From Trypanosoma brucei (taxonomy: Eukaryota): a stretch of DNA of 64,000 nt. The notes below the pieces were generated by a model that made no database searches, was not told where the DNA came from, and saw only the letters and a list, made by a program, of their open reading frames with translations. Shown here piece by piece: positions 44,150 to 55,900 of this stretch. The DNA lies in the NCBI GenBank assembly GCA_000002445.1, contig CH464491.1, positions 3,968,001 through 4,032,000 of the forward strand. The letters are read 5' to 3'. The translations under genes were made by a program, and so were the position numbers. Position 1 is the stretch's first letter, and every line of letters begins with the position of its first letter.

Positions 44150-44545
44150 TTATTCGGCCACCTCGTCTTCCATCGCATCCTCCCAAGCGTGCACCTCAGA
44201 ATACCATTGTAAGGAATGATACGCGATGTACACCGACCCAATGCCGTATCGCACGTAATCTGGGAACAAACGTTGCAGATAAATGAGCCGCAGATTAGGC
44301 CCAAATGTGAACCCCAACGCCGCCGCGATACCAACCTTCGCTCCCCAAATTGGTTGCTGCATGACTGTGGAAAGTCCTGTCGAGAAGCCTAACGCGTATA
44401 TAAGAATGAGGTTGTTAAAAACATTGGACGAACGCAGCGTTCTGCCCTGGACACTGTTAAACATTATCGACGCTAAACAGATACCCATGAGGGGGGTGTT
44501 AACAGCGTAGGGGTTCATCATTTCACGACTCGAACTACCCCCCAT
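44150..44545 (-). CDS. Small membrane protein (131 aa) with Gly-zipper-like helices and a possible N-myristoylation signal. Membership of the Tim17/OEP16-like family is speculative.
   Basis: ATG at 44543-44545. The N-terminus is 'MGGSSS…'. There are three hydrophobic helices with small-residue motifs (GICLASIM…LILIYALGFSTGLSTV…AKVGIAAALGFTFG) and an acidic C-terminus. Confidence 0.45.
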   Translation of the reverse strand: MGGSSSREMMNPYAVNTPLMGICLASIMFNSVQGRTLRSSNVFNNLILIYALGFSTGLSTVMQQPIWGAKVGIAAALGFTFGPNLRLIYLQRLFPDYVRYGIGSVYIAYHSLQWYSEVHAWEDAMEDEVAE

Positions 44546-46061
44546 GGTGGTCCCGACACACCCCTAATCAATACCGCCTCACTGTGATCACAGAAATTGC
44601 TGATACAACAAAGGTGTCACCTTTAGTTCAACACCAATTGCTGCACGTATGCTTCCCTGATCTCCGGCGCTGTCGCTCCCTACGCGACGGCGCAAATGGA
44701 CACGGAAACTAACGCAACTGAGTTTGACAAGAGTTTCCTGCTCCTTCAGTGGTCCTCCACGAGCGGAGAAAGGCACCGAAGAACCGCTGAAGGCAAACGG
44801 AAGGTGGCTACAAAGCGAGTATATATCCCAGCAAGCGCATGCAATTGCCCCTATGCGTTGGGTCAAAAAGAAGAGCTAAACCCAAAACAACAAGCGGAAG
44901 AAAATGAAAAAGGTGCACTGTGACATTGCAAAGTACGAAAAAAATTATCCGTGACTGATCTTCGAGCTAGCAAAGCACACAGTGTAGTTTAAAGATAAAA
45001 TTATATTTAAAAGCTCATGGCGGCATCTGCCCTTCCTACGTGCCGCAGTTGCTCTCTCCCCCTCTACCTTACGTTATTGGCGGTACTACGCAAGGGGGGG
45101 CACACCGCTCCACATTTTTCCTTTTGGTTGCTATGTAATCCCCAACCTCAGCCTCCCTTCTTCATTTCCTCTCCTACACTAAATCCCCTCACCACCACAA
45201 CCGAGTCCTTTTCAACACTCCTTGTTTTAATTATATTTTCTTCCATCCCCCGACTCCGATACAACGGCACGATTGTCCTCCTGGACGGGCTCTCAAGGTC
45301 ATGGATGCCGCACTCACACAGGTAAGACCTTCGAACGTGGACGCCATGGAAGAAAGAAAAAAGGTTATTAAATAAATTGATTCATCTACCCACATATACA
45401 AATATACTTATATGTATATATGTATAGTGTTCAAATTATTGTGTTCGCTTTGCTTATTCGAAATATCGCATGCCATTGGTTGATTCCTTAAAGGGAAGAA
45501 ACGGAATGGCGTGGTAAATGCCGACGAATGTGTGTCCAACACCCAAATAACTGACCCTCCTATCACAAGTTGCTGCGCGAAATGTATTTACTTTACTACG
45601 ACCGAGGTATCACCACTTCTTCTCCGCCCTTGCTTCCTCGCTCTCATTACTGCTTTTATCTCTCCAAATAACCCTTCTGCCCACGAAGTACACAGCCCGT
45701 CCTACGAATCTCAGAGTTTTAAACGACATACTTTTAACGATTTGAAGACCGTGGTTCACAGCCGTAAAGTACCACCGCTAGTGACATAGACAGAGGAATC
45801 AGTAACTGCAGGTGAAACAGCCAACGTGGCAAAAGGGTATTAGGGGTACTTCCGTTGCTCGCCACCTCAAAAAAAAAAATCTGATACTATTTTCCCCTCG
45901 CTCCTCCTTCCGTCGCATAAGGTTAAGAAATTTCCAGAGTCTTACGGGACCAATCTCATTCTACAACCAACCTGTATACGACCTCTTGCCACGCTGCACT
46001 GACGACTCGCGCCTTGTTATCCATCTCCCAGGCAATACCACCGCGCTTCTCATTGAGATCC

Positions 46062-49000
46062 TCACATCGCTGCAAGTTGATTTTTTGTTACTTCGTTCAA
46101 CACATCCTGGTCGGCCGCCTTCATGCGCGCCACGATTTCGCCCGCGTGCCTACCTCGGCCCTGAATCACGGGGTGCTGCTGCACGACCCACATTAACACC
46201 TTCTCGTGCACGCGGCGGGCCTCTACGTCATCGCCTCGAACGGGAAGGTTGCTGACGACTAGTGTAAGAACCTCCACCAGTCCCTGCTCCGGAAGAGTGG
46301 AGTGAAACAAGGAAAGAAGCGTGGTCGCTGCACTTACCGCGTTGCACGTAGTAGACTCATAGTCTCCTGTGCGCTGAACAGCAATGAAGCGAGTGAAGAG
46401 AGAACTTACCCGATGCACGAACTCCGGTGTACTCGGGTCGGGGTTACGGCCAAAGTACTGCAACAACAAGTTCATGAGGTAAAAAGCAGACTGCAAGAGA
46501 TCACAGTCTTCACGGCTCTGCGCGAAGTCCAAACAACTCTCGACAATTGTCGGGATGAAGCTTCCAATATGATTCGGCGCATGCTCCACTAATCCGCAAA
46601 GCAGCGCGAGACCGCAAGTAACCACGGAATCCTTCTCATTCTTCTGCAGCAGTTTCTCTAGAACGGGTGCGAACATGACCAAGAAGACAGGGGCAAATAC
46701 GTCACCCGCCCGCTCAAGCATTTTATCGAGGACATTGCAGGTGTCCGAAATGAGTGTGTCGGCCTCTTCCTCCTCACCCTGAAGCCTATCCAGCTCGTCC
46801 TCGTCGTTCTCACCAACCTGGCTCTCCAAACTTTGCACCCGATTCTCCATGGCCCGTTCTAGCACAGCGAGAACCTTTTCACCAATAACGGTAACCGTAT
46901 CTTGTGAGACAAGGCCTGGGGCACTGTCAATGCAACGGCTAATCACCACCGACATCGCACTTGACGCATCCAACTCATCCTCGTCGGCGAACTGGTTCAA
47001 CAACGGATCCATGATGGCAACAGCCAAGTGAGCCCGCTCATCAACTTCATAAGCGTTTAGAACCTCATCCAAAATCGCCGCCCCACTCTCGCGAATAGAT
47101 GAGTTTGACTGGAAACTGAGCAACTTCACTGCGGATTCTGCGATTGCCGGGAGGTGCGGCCCTAGGTGCTTTCCTAAGTACGTGAGCATGGCGCTGAGTA
47201 CACTAGCCGCAAGGTCCTTCTCCTCAATAAGACCGGTGTGCAGCTTAATCTTTTTCACACCCACGCCAGGGACAACAACCCGCATTGTTGCCACTTCTCC
47301 CCCACTCTTTCTTCCTTGCTCATCCTCGTCATCTTCCTCCCCCACCTCAGCGTTTTCCACCTCCATATCGCACTCCATATTCACCATCGAAAGAAGCACA
47401 GGCAGGACGACCTGCAGATAAGGGACCACATCCTCCCTCAGGCAGTCCGTCATGCAAGTCCACCCGCGCATGACATAACGCAACCGCATGTCGTCCTTGC
47501 ATTCTTCTTGCGACAGATGTTGTAGAAGATCACGCAAGTAGTTGCACATATGCTCCGCATACGGCCCGAACCCTTCTCTTCCAACACCACAGGCGAGAAG
47601 CGTTGTGCACTCGATGGCTTTGCACTTCATTTGAATAACATCCGGGGAGTCAGGAACTGCCAGTACCTCTTGAAACACGGGGACAAGGTTATTAACATAC
47701 GGTTTTAGCATGTCTTTGCAGGTTGATATGATAGAGGAAAGCGCCCCCAGGCAATCTTCACGGAGAAACTGATGCGGCGTTTGCCTCAGAAGAGACACTA
47801 GAGAAGCACATAGCCCCTCGACATAGCGTTCAAATTCTTTAACGAAGTGTGGGCTATCCTCTTCATCCTCTTCACATCGATCAAAGAAAGAGTCTAGGCA
47901 GCGTGCTGCCCTCGTTGCTACGGCAGGTATGGGGTCCTCGAGGCACTGAACGACAGCAGGTAAGATCATGTGGCATAGATTCTCCTGGAGTTGAGGGGCA
48001 AAGTCGGTAGACATCTGGGTAAGGCAATCCAACGCACTCGCACGGACATACTTCATATCATCCCGAAGAGCTGGTAGCACCATGCAAACAATGGACTTCA
48101 GGTGCTTTTCAAGCACAGAAGACATCCCTTCAGCGACATAAGTAATTAGAAGTAATGCCGCATTACGTTGCTTCCAGTCGGGGGACTGGATGTTTTCCGA
48201 GAAAAGCTGTTGAGCGAGAGCTTCCAGCTTTCTACCCCCGAGGGCGGAGGCTAATCGGTCGATACCACTGCTGCCGACGGTCTCGTCAAGGTCTTCATCA
48301 AGATCGTCCTCGTCAGTGTTCACACCTTTGACATCCCAGTCGTCAGGAATCGCGGGGTTAACGGTGTATTCGAAGAGCAAACGCAAAAATGATGTTGAAA
48401 AGTCTGGTACCTTCCGCGCTGTTTTTGGTTCACTCTCACAGTAGGTTAAGAGGGCCTCAATAGCCATGTGTCGAGCACCTGGTGCCACAGATGGTGCGGA
48501 AGCCACCTCCATCAGCCCTTGCAGCAATGGAGCAGTGTGCCGCTCAAAAAGCGTTGCAGAGTGAGACACACCCTCCGCCAACTTGCCAGTTAAAGCTTCC
48601 GCGTCCCCCCAATTCGATGCGTTGAGGGCATCTTGCACAGCCTGCAGTATCAGCGGAACCAAATCGGCAAGCTCACGAGACGGTCTGCACATGGTGAGAT
48701 TAAAAATCGCATCCAAAGCTGCTTTTCGCGAATCCACGGACGGGTCGAGAAGGCAGTTCTTCAGGCCTGCCGCTACCCGAACCACATTCGCCTCAAAATG
48801 CTCCGTTAAGGAAGGACCCGTCGCAGCAATAATCTCACAGCAGATTGTTTTCAGCTGATGCGCGGATTCTAAATCTTCAATTATCTGAAAGATAGACTTC
48901 CAAAGCTCATCCCATTCCTTTTCTATGTTTTTCAACTTAACAACAAGGGCACTCACACAGGCAGCAGCCAATGCACGCTGTGCACCAAATGCTGCTTTCC

Positions 49001-49280
49001 CCAGCACCTGTAGCATCAAACCCTTTACAGCGTTCTGCGTCTCAGCGTCTGCTGTGTCAAAACAGTCAGATTTATTTCCAAAAAGTTTTTTTAACAAGAC
49101 AAGGCCCATTTGCATAGTGGAGGTGTTTTCCGTTGACGCGCATAGCTCTGACAAGCAGCACATCATCCAAGTAGCATTCCCGTGAACAAGGGAATCATAC
49201 TGAGCCTCTGCGGATTTTCGAACCTCATTGTCCGCGGAGAGCAGGTTGGTGACAAGCTGGTTCAGCTGCTCTTGGTTCAT
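46062..49280 (-). CDS. Importin-β family nuclear transport receptor (karyopherin β3 / IPO5 / Kap121-like), 1072 aa
   Basis: ATG at 49278-49280. The N-terminal importin-N domain is 'QLVTNLLSADNEVRKSAEAQYDSL' (against IPO5 '[23 protein letters not shown]'). HEAT/ARM-like repeat character runs throughout. The length matches the Kapβ3 class, and an acidic loop (EDDEDEQ) is present. Confidence 0.85.
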   Translation of the reverse strand: MNQEQLNQLVTNLLSADNEVRKSAEAQYDSLVHGNATWMMCCLSELCASTENTSTMQMGLVLLKKLFGNKSDCFDTADAETQNAVKGLMLQVLGKAAFGAQRALAAACVSALVVKLKNIEKEWDELWKSIFQIIEDLESAHQLKTICCEIIAATGPSLTEHFEANVVRVAAGLKNCLLDPSVDSRKAALDAIFNLTMCRPSRELADLVPLILQAVQDALNASNWGDAEALTGKLAEGVSHSATLFERHTAPLLQGLMEVASAPSVAPGARHMAIEALLTYCESEPKTARKVPDFSTSFLRLLFEYTVNPAIPDDWDVKGVNTDEDDLDEDLDETVGSSGIDRLASALGGRKLEALAQQLFSENIQSPDWKQRNAALLLITYVAEGMSSVLEKHLKSIVCMVLPALRDDMKYVRASALDCLTQMSTDFAPQLQENLCHMILPAVVQCLEDPIPAVATRAARCLDSFFDRCEEDEEDSPHFVKEFERYVEGLCASLVSLLRQTPHQFLREDCLGALSSIISTCKDMLKPYVNNLVPVFQEVLAVPDSPDVIQMKCKAIECTTLLACGVGREGFGPYAEHMCNYLRDLLQHLSQEECKDDMRLRYVMRGWTCMTDCLREDVVPYLQVVLPVLLSMVNMECDMEVENAEVGEEDDEDEQGRKSGGEVATMRVVVPGVGVKKIKLHTGLIEEKDLAASVLSAMLTYLGKHLGPHLPAIAESAVKLLSFQSNSSIRESGAAILDEVLNAYEVDERAHLAVAIMDPLLNQFADEDELDASSAMSVVISRCIDSAPGLVSQDTVTVIGEKVLAVLERAMENRVQSLESQVGENDEDELDRLQGEEEEADTLISDTCNVLDKMLERAGDVFAPVFLVMFAPVLEKLLQKNEKDSVVTCGLALLCGLVEHAPNHIGSFIPTIVESCLDFAQSREDCDLLQSAFYLMNLLLQYFGRNPDPSTPEFVHRVSSLFTRFIAVQRTGDYESTTCNAVSAATTLLSLFHSTLPEQGLVEVLTLVVSNLPVRGDDVEARRVHEKVLMWVVQQHPVIQGRGRHAGEIVARMKAADQDVLNEVTKNQLAAM

Positions 49281-51330
49281 GGGATGTAGATACTTTTGAT
49301 CTTAAGAAATCTTTTTACAAGAAAAGGGAAAGACTCTCCCGTTCTGTCCCTTTGATCGTTCCCCTGGACGTTCACAAGGTCGATGTTTATTTCGTTAAAG
49401 ATAACCAATTGTTTCTTTCTTATTTCCTTCTTACTCCTTAATTTCTCTTCCGGTTTACAGCTGTCTCCCTTTGTTCACACCTTACGTTTGCAATCGTACT
49501 CGTGGCTATACCACGCGGTAAACCCAAGTGGAGAAAAAGTGTTTCAGAGAAAATTTGATTGGTGTGCTGTTGGGGGGGGGGGAGAGTTGCGCACCAATTC
49601 ATATTGAAGCGAAAACGGTAGCAGAAGTAACAGCAACAATTTGTTTTAAAAGGGAAGCAATGCCCCAGAAGCATTACCCAAAATAAACTACTGTGTAAAT
49701 ACAGGGGGTTCATAATTATGCAGTCGATAAATAAACTAAGAGGACGTGGAATCGCCGTAGAAACCAAACCAACACACGAAAAAAAAAAGAGACTGTGTAA
49801 AAACACGAACTAATAACAAAAGCAGGACAGGCAGTAGAAAATATGCTGTTATTTGTTTCATAGTAGCATATATTACTTCCATGCTAAAACAAAAAGATGG
49901 TTGATGTGTCCGTGGTCGTAGACAAACCCCCGGCGTAGCAACTTGCAAAACGGAAAAAACAGGCAACATGGTAAGTGTTTCACGCACGTTAGAACACAGT
50001 TTACATAGAGGGAGAGCAGGCCACATGCAATTAATTTCGAAATAAAAAAAACTGTTATCCGAGAAAAATTGGTGGGAGAGTAGCTATCCTGTGAGTTGCA
50101 CCAGTTCAGTTACAGTCAAAGGATATGTCACACTGCGCCTGTAAGTTGTTCAAAATGCTCTGACCGCTCCATCTGAGGGTCAGATAAACCACTTACGAAG
50201 AGCCCATCTTTGCTTTGTCGTCTACGTGGGTTCAGTCATACAACAGCATATGGTACGTCCGTGACCCACCGCGGAAAACGAAAACTGTCACTGCACAGAA
50301 CATCGCATAACTTCGGCAACCGAGGTCACTGGAAGTGCGTATGATAGTGGAACAAGTATAGATACAAGTGTGCACCGGGTAACGTCACTTGTGGTGCCGA
50401 AACCGAGACGACTGTATTCGGTAGCAACATCATTTCTCGCATCACTGCGTGATCAAGAATGCACAACAGCCATTTTATTGTATAAATGCGAGCGTACACA
50501 CAACAGTACGAACTTTTTTAAAATTTAAGCTGCAGAGTTTAGTACACAGAATGTGAGGAGGCTAATCCCTTGGGACCGTTACCTAACAAGATTCCAGAAA
50601 ATTTAACTTTCTAGAAACGATTGTACAATGTAGTCTCCACCCTTAACCCTGTAGCAGTAAAAGCTGCAGGTACTCGAGAGGTAGGTCACTATTCTGTCAA
50701 GCTGTCCCCTGCTCGAACCATAATAGAAGATCGGGTGTGCAAATGCGTGAGAGAAGTAAATTTCTTCATCCGCTGGCCTGGGGCGAGGGTCTCGGAAGCC
50801 GTGACAGCATACGACAAACGTATGACACATTGTAGCGCCCTTCTTTATCACCTGTATCCATGATAATCCCGTTTAGTCATACTGTATAAACTAGTCCAGC
50901 AAAATTACGCAATCACACCTTCAATAACCTACAGCGGTACTCTGCAGTGGGCAGGCTCCGGCGTTAGCGTGGGTTCCAACGGCATGAACGAGTGATAGAA
51001 ACCCTCCCTCGCTACGTAGAAAAGAACACAGTTTTGCGCATGCAAACTACACACAATATTCAACAACGAGAAAAAAACTAACACTTGGTCGCGGCGCAAT
51101 GTCCTTTGGAAAAGCTGTATATATGGCAAAAGCAGGGTCACAAATTTTTGAAAGCAAGGTCGTCCCATTTGTTGCAGGTTGTAATTTTGGCATTATCACA
51201 TGAGAAGATAGTGCGTGAAGAGGCGACACTTCTAGTAGAGCCCGGTTACCCAAGAAAAAAACAAGGAACACAAAATAAGAGAGTACCTTCTTAGCCAAAG
51301 AAGTGGAAGAAACGACATAAAATACATATA

Positions 51331-51723
51331 TCACGATTCTTTCGTTCTTGTTCCTTTTTCCTTCCTAAGCAACTCGTTGTTGACCATAACATAAGGATGT
51401 CCACATATTTTTTTGCTGTGCCGCGTATTGTTTCTAAGAAGGTACTGGGATAGCCAAGATATAGGGTGCGTATTTCCAGTAGGTCCGTAGCGATGGGAAA
51501 CCTCGTCGGGTTCCAAAGCGCACTGCTGCTGACGCTTTACTAATTCGTACAGGGCTGGAACGAGTGTTGGGAAGACGTTTTCACGCAAATATGTGACATT
51601 TTCTCCCTCACACGATGCATTGACAGCTGTCTCGACATCCTCATATCCGCACCAAATCTGCTCTTCAATCAGCCGAATCATCATAGCCTCACTAAGAGCC
51701 TGTGTATCCGCCGATACCTCCAT
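51331..51723 (-). CDS. Small Dpy-30-motif (RIIα-like dimerisation/docking) protein
   Basis: The ORF-track start is TTG. The ATG is at 51721-51723 (MEVSADTQALSEAMMIRLIEEQ…). 'VTYLRENVFPTLVPALYELVKRQQQ' fits the Dpy-30 motif (YLxxxVxPxLxxGLxxLxK). Confidence 0.5.
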   Translation of the reverse strand: MEVSADTQALSEAMMIRLIEEQIWCGYEDVETAVNASCEGENVTYLRENVFPTLVPALYELVKRQQQCALEPDEVSHRYGPTGNTHPISWLSQYLLRNNTRHSKKICGHPYVMVNNELLRKEKGTRTKES

Positions 51724-54700
51724 TGTAGTTACGTCTATCAACCCCTAAAAAGAATCAAAAAGTAAGAGGTTGTTATGTTTAAGAATTGATGTGCGTGCAA
51801 GTAGGGGCAAACATCCATAGGTACATTGTGTTTAAGCGGTCGCATCACAGCTCAGCTTCAAAAAAAACGATCCCATTATTATAAATAACTGGCAGTTAAG
51901 CACCCCCAGGTTATGTGTATATGTGTACGTGCGTTTGTGCATATGAATGTGCGTACTTATATAGTGGGTAAATTGGAAACGCAAGGAAACGTGTTGACAA
52001 AAAATTAAACGCATCAGCAACGACGAAGAGAAAAATCCAAATAAACAACAGGGAAGTCTTTTGTAAACCACGCACGTTCCTCCACGTACTATGCGACAGA
52101 AATTTTTATTTATCGATACACCAAGACAGTATTTGCTAAGGAATTGCCACGCAGGTTGATGTGAAGGATAAGATATATCCATTTATTAACTAAATGGACG
52201 AAAGCGGATGGAAGTGTCAAACAATCAAGGAAAAATTAAATGCGCCCAGAAAATCAACGATTTTCACTGGTCGTACGAATAGCAACTTCCATTATACCTC
52301 AATAAAGAAAAAATAGCCCTGGGAAAGTGAGGTAGCTAGAACTGTTACTACTTGCATAGTACGCCTTTTCAAGCAAGCAACTTCAGGCGGTATACCTACC
52401 AACTTATCAAGTCACCTGAGATCAGTGGGGAAATCAAGATATCTAGTAACAGAAAACATGTCCACAATGCAGAGAGAGTGAATTAGATCCACAACATGAA
52501 GAAAAGGATGATTGAGTCAGGAAAAAAAAATCACGGCAAACGTGAGTTTAGTTTTGACATAGCGGTGGAGCGGTACATCAATCCCGAAAAAATACGAAGC
52601 GCAACTCCGTGTGTCCGATGATCAAACGACACTTCTTCACCACGGCACAAATCATAGGAAGGGCACCAAACGACGATGCTACAAAACCTTCAGACCATTG
52701 CATAAGTTCATTACCCCATAGCTCACCGTCGGAAACAAGTTTGCAGAGATATGAGTTACTCAGCCCTGCTTACCGGTAATTTCCGTGATGTCAAAAACGT
52801 CGAAGGTGAAAGAAGGACGAAAACCCCACCCTCGGCAGCTGTCGCTTCCCATTACACGCACCTTGCAGATAATCTTCCAGTTTGTCGCAAACAGGGCAAC
52901 AGCTGCGCCAACAGCACACAAATACAAAGCCACGAAACCGCCTCCTCCTCTGCCTCCCCCCCCCCCAAATATCACACACAATACACTCAAAGGTGTGTGG
53001 TAACGTCAAAATTCTGACGTCTTTTTCGGTGATGCAGCATGCCAAGCCTGAGACTCCTGATGAAATACTGAAGAAGAAAATTAACATTAGCAGGTCAAAT
53101 TTTCGTAGGTTTAATCTCGAGTTTTCCTACAAACTTCAGGAAACCAAGGTTCATAAAGATCATTAGCAACATTTGTTACATAAGCCAAACAGATGCATTA
53201 CTTCAAATAACGAGGACATATACAACCAAAGGCACTGTGCACCGATGGGTGGCACCGTCGTGCAACGACACAAACGCTTTCTGCCGGATGACATATGTCG
53301 GGAAATGCATTTTATCTACTGAAGAGGGAGATAGTGCAACCCTCTTTGATGAGACTGGCCCCTTCGTATATACGCCCTTCCTCCTTACCACCTGAAACGG
53401 TACGACATCGTAACTGTTGCGTCGTTATTATTCCACTCTCATACGTCGACTTCTTCTCATCACAAAACTGGCGCCACGGAACCATTACACAGGGGTGGTA
53501 CAACCCGTGAGCAACAAATAACATACGCAACATCAGTTTTAGAGGGACGTTACAAATTATTTTGGATCATTTCCGGGAAGAGTGAATTTTGACTCAACAA
53601 ACTAAGCGTTGCGCAGCCAATAAATGAGAAATAAGACCCCCTGGCCAACTCGCAGACAAGTGCTCACCACACAAAAGGTTGGTTGTGCAGGGGGGAACGT
53701 GTGAAGACATGAAAATAACGTGGTGACGTCAATACTGGAGTTGTGGTGTCACATATGACTTCCGCTTCACCATATACTTTGCCAACCCACATATCGCTCT
53801 TATACCTAATGGAAAGTAGTGGAGCGCCCAAGAAATACGAAAACTCGCCAACAAGCAACTTCCAAGACATTACAATCACTGTCTACATGTGCTCGAACGG
53901 TCTTCAAACGAACCTCTTCTTGAGGTAGATAGGCTACATTCAGACATAAGCGCATGTTCTTCGAGTAATGAAAGGATGCAAGTTGTATGACAGCACGACT
54001 CTTGTGACCACCAAAGGGTGGCACCCGTTCAAAAGTAAAAAAAAGATTGACGCGTCCACCCAAGATATTTGTCCGCTGCATTATTGCATGGAGACAGGAA
54101 ACGGCAATCGGTTCTTTCGACCGCGCTAGGTGAAAATGCCAACTTCCCGAAGTCTCAGCTCTATCGCCTTTAGTGGAGCCGTTTTCCCCTTCATGCGCTT
54201 TACGACCACAAAGGGCACACAGATCTGTATACCGAATAGCAAGTTCTACCACGTTTGAATAAAGGTGCACAGATGATTGTACAGAGGGGAATGTCATTGC
54301 ACAACCTTTCTACCCTTTAAGCCCCTTGTCCCTGCTGCCCCTCAGCACCCAGTTAATTGACCGTTCAGCCAGGTTCATCCTATTTTTCCAATGGAAACAA
54401 CACTGCCGGATGCAAAAGAGTCAAAACAGGGGAGCAGAAACCAGATTCCTCCCCCTCCTTCCCCCTGAGAATTAATAGCGATACATGAGCTCCCATGTTG
54501 CCCCTAAAGGCATACAAGAAACTAGGCCAAAGGTGAACCACATGGGAAGCGGCCGGAGTAGCAGAAAAACAAATCGATTCTGACCACTTCAACACAGAGC
54601 CAGGGCTCCGCACCTCCCCAAGGTAAGGCGAGACAACTACTCACAACCACCTCACCATAATTATCCTGTGGAGGAAAGACCGAGGTCTTGGTCCGCCGCG

Positions 54701-55361
54701 GGCGGCGCAGCACATCCACAGAGGGACAAATATCGCAGCTAGCGGCTTCGCGGGAGCGGAGTCACCAACAACAACACCAACGGCACCGAATTACCACCTA
54801 CACACCCCTGGAAGAACGCCACTGGGCTCGTGGCGGGGACGGCGCCTAACCATCCTCTCGCCCACTGTTTCCATCACTTTTCTTCAGGGCCTCTCCCTCC
54901 CATTCTCATTTCTCTTGCCCTTAGGCGTCGGCGGCCCTTCGTTTGCGACCATTGTGGGATGCGCCTGTGTTTCCAAACCCCACATGGGGCTAAGCAAACG
55001 CGACGCAAGTGGGGGACGGGCGCGGCACTCGGCGGCACCGTTCCACTGCGGGGGGAGAGACCATGCAGACTTTCTCGAACCCGCATAAATCGTACGATCG
55101 GGCCCTTTACAAAACATTGTTCACGACGAGAACGTTCCAACCAGCAGCGGTTCAGTAAGTGCGACAACGTTTCCCCCCAGTCGTTGCGCTGGCTTATGCC
55201 TTCGAGTGTCGCATGGAAGTGCTGGCCCCCCTCTTATCAAGTGTACGGCTCATCCGATTGCACGCTGTAGCGCGCGCATTGAGCACACCGCCGCCGCGGC
55301 GCGCGTCTGACTAGCAAGTGAAGTCCACCGGCGCCAACTTAATGCACTAGAACCCCCTGGC

Positions 55362-55900
55362 GATGCCGGCCACCTCAACGTGGTGCCAGGGTCCAGTCTC
55401 CCGTATCATCGGGGGAAGCCAAGAGCCAGCAGCGTTCCTTTCATGGGGAACACTGCTGTGCTCCGGCTACAGCGTCATACAGCACGGGGATCAGAAGCGT
55501 CTTGCTGGGACACCGTTTTTCATTTGTCGGTCCCTGGGCACGTGACAGCGTTGCCATCGACGGTATCCGGAGTTTTCCCTATGACGTTGTGTACGTTTGG
55601 AAAACATCCAGTGACATTCTCGCACCCTTTTCTATTGTCAGGGATTCTGTTGGGTTACTGCGGGCCGATGGGGCTGCATTTGCCCGCTTCACGAATATCA
55701 GTCTGTTGCCGTTGCATGTTGTCGAAGCGACCACATATTTCTTTCCAAACAATACAGATTTCTCGGTTCATAATCCGTGGCATCCACCAGGCGGTGATTG
55801 TACACTGTTTCCACTGAATCGTTGTGCAACCTGCCTGTCCCACACTTCCATTTTCATATCTTTGTAATCTTCCGCACGTATGAGTCTTATTCAAGCGTGG
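55362..55900 (+). mobile_element. 5' end of an ingi/RIME/DIRE-family non-LTR retroposon (Pr77-like hallmark). The element's downstream extent is undetermined and it is probably degenerate.
   Basis: 'CCCTGGCGATGCCGGCCACCTCAACGTGGTGCCAGGGTCCAGTCTCCCGTATCATCGGGGGAAGCCAAGAGCCAGCAGCG' at 55362-55441 matches the conserved ~77-nt 5' signature shared by ingi/RIME, DIRE, L1Tc/NARTc and SIDER elements; this is recalled from memory and not verified. The downstream sequence has only short, frame-shifted ORFs, and I found no poly(A) tail or target-site duplication. Confidence 0.45.

Noticed and set aside
50690-50730. tRNA-like T-loop hit ('tgctcgaacca' = GGTTCGAGCA on the minus strand). Other 'ttcgaa/ttcaaa' sites were checked at 8121, 50241, 53891 and 54021.
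   Set aside because: None has a complementary 5-bp T-stem or a cloverleaf acceptor/anticodon arrangement in the flanking sequence. No tRNA, 5S, snRNA or spliced-leader RNA genes are supportable in the window.
53806-54297. 163-aa minus-strand ORF with a 'CALCGRKAHEGEN…WHFH' segment (zinc-finger-like?)
   Set aside because: The spacing does not fit C2H2 or CCHC knuckles. It lies in the ORF-poor degenerate block with no supporting context and is probably a chance ORF in decayed sequence.
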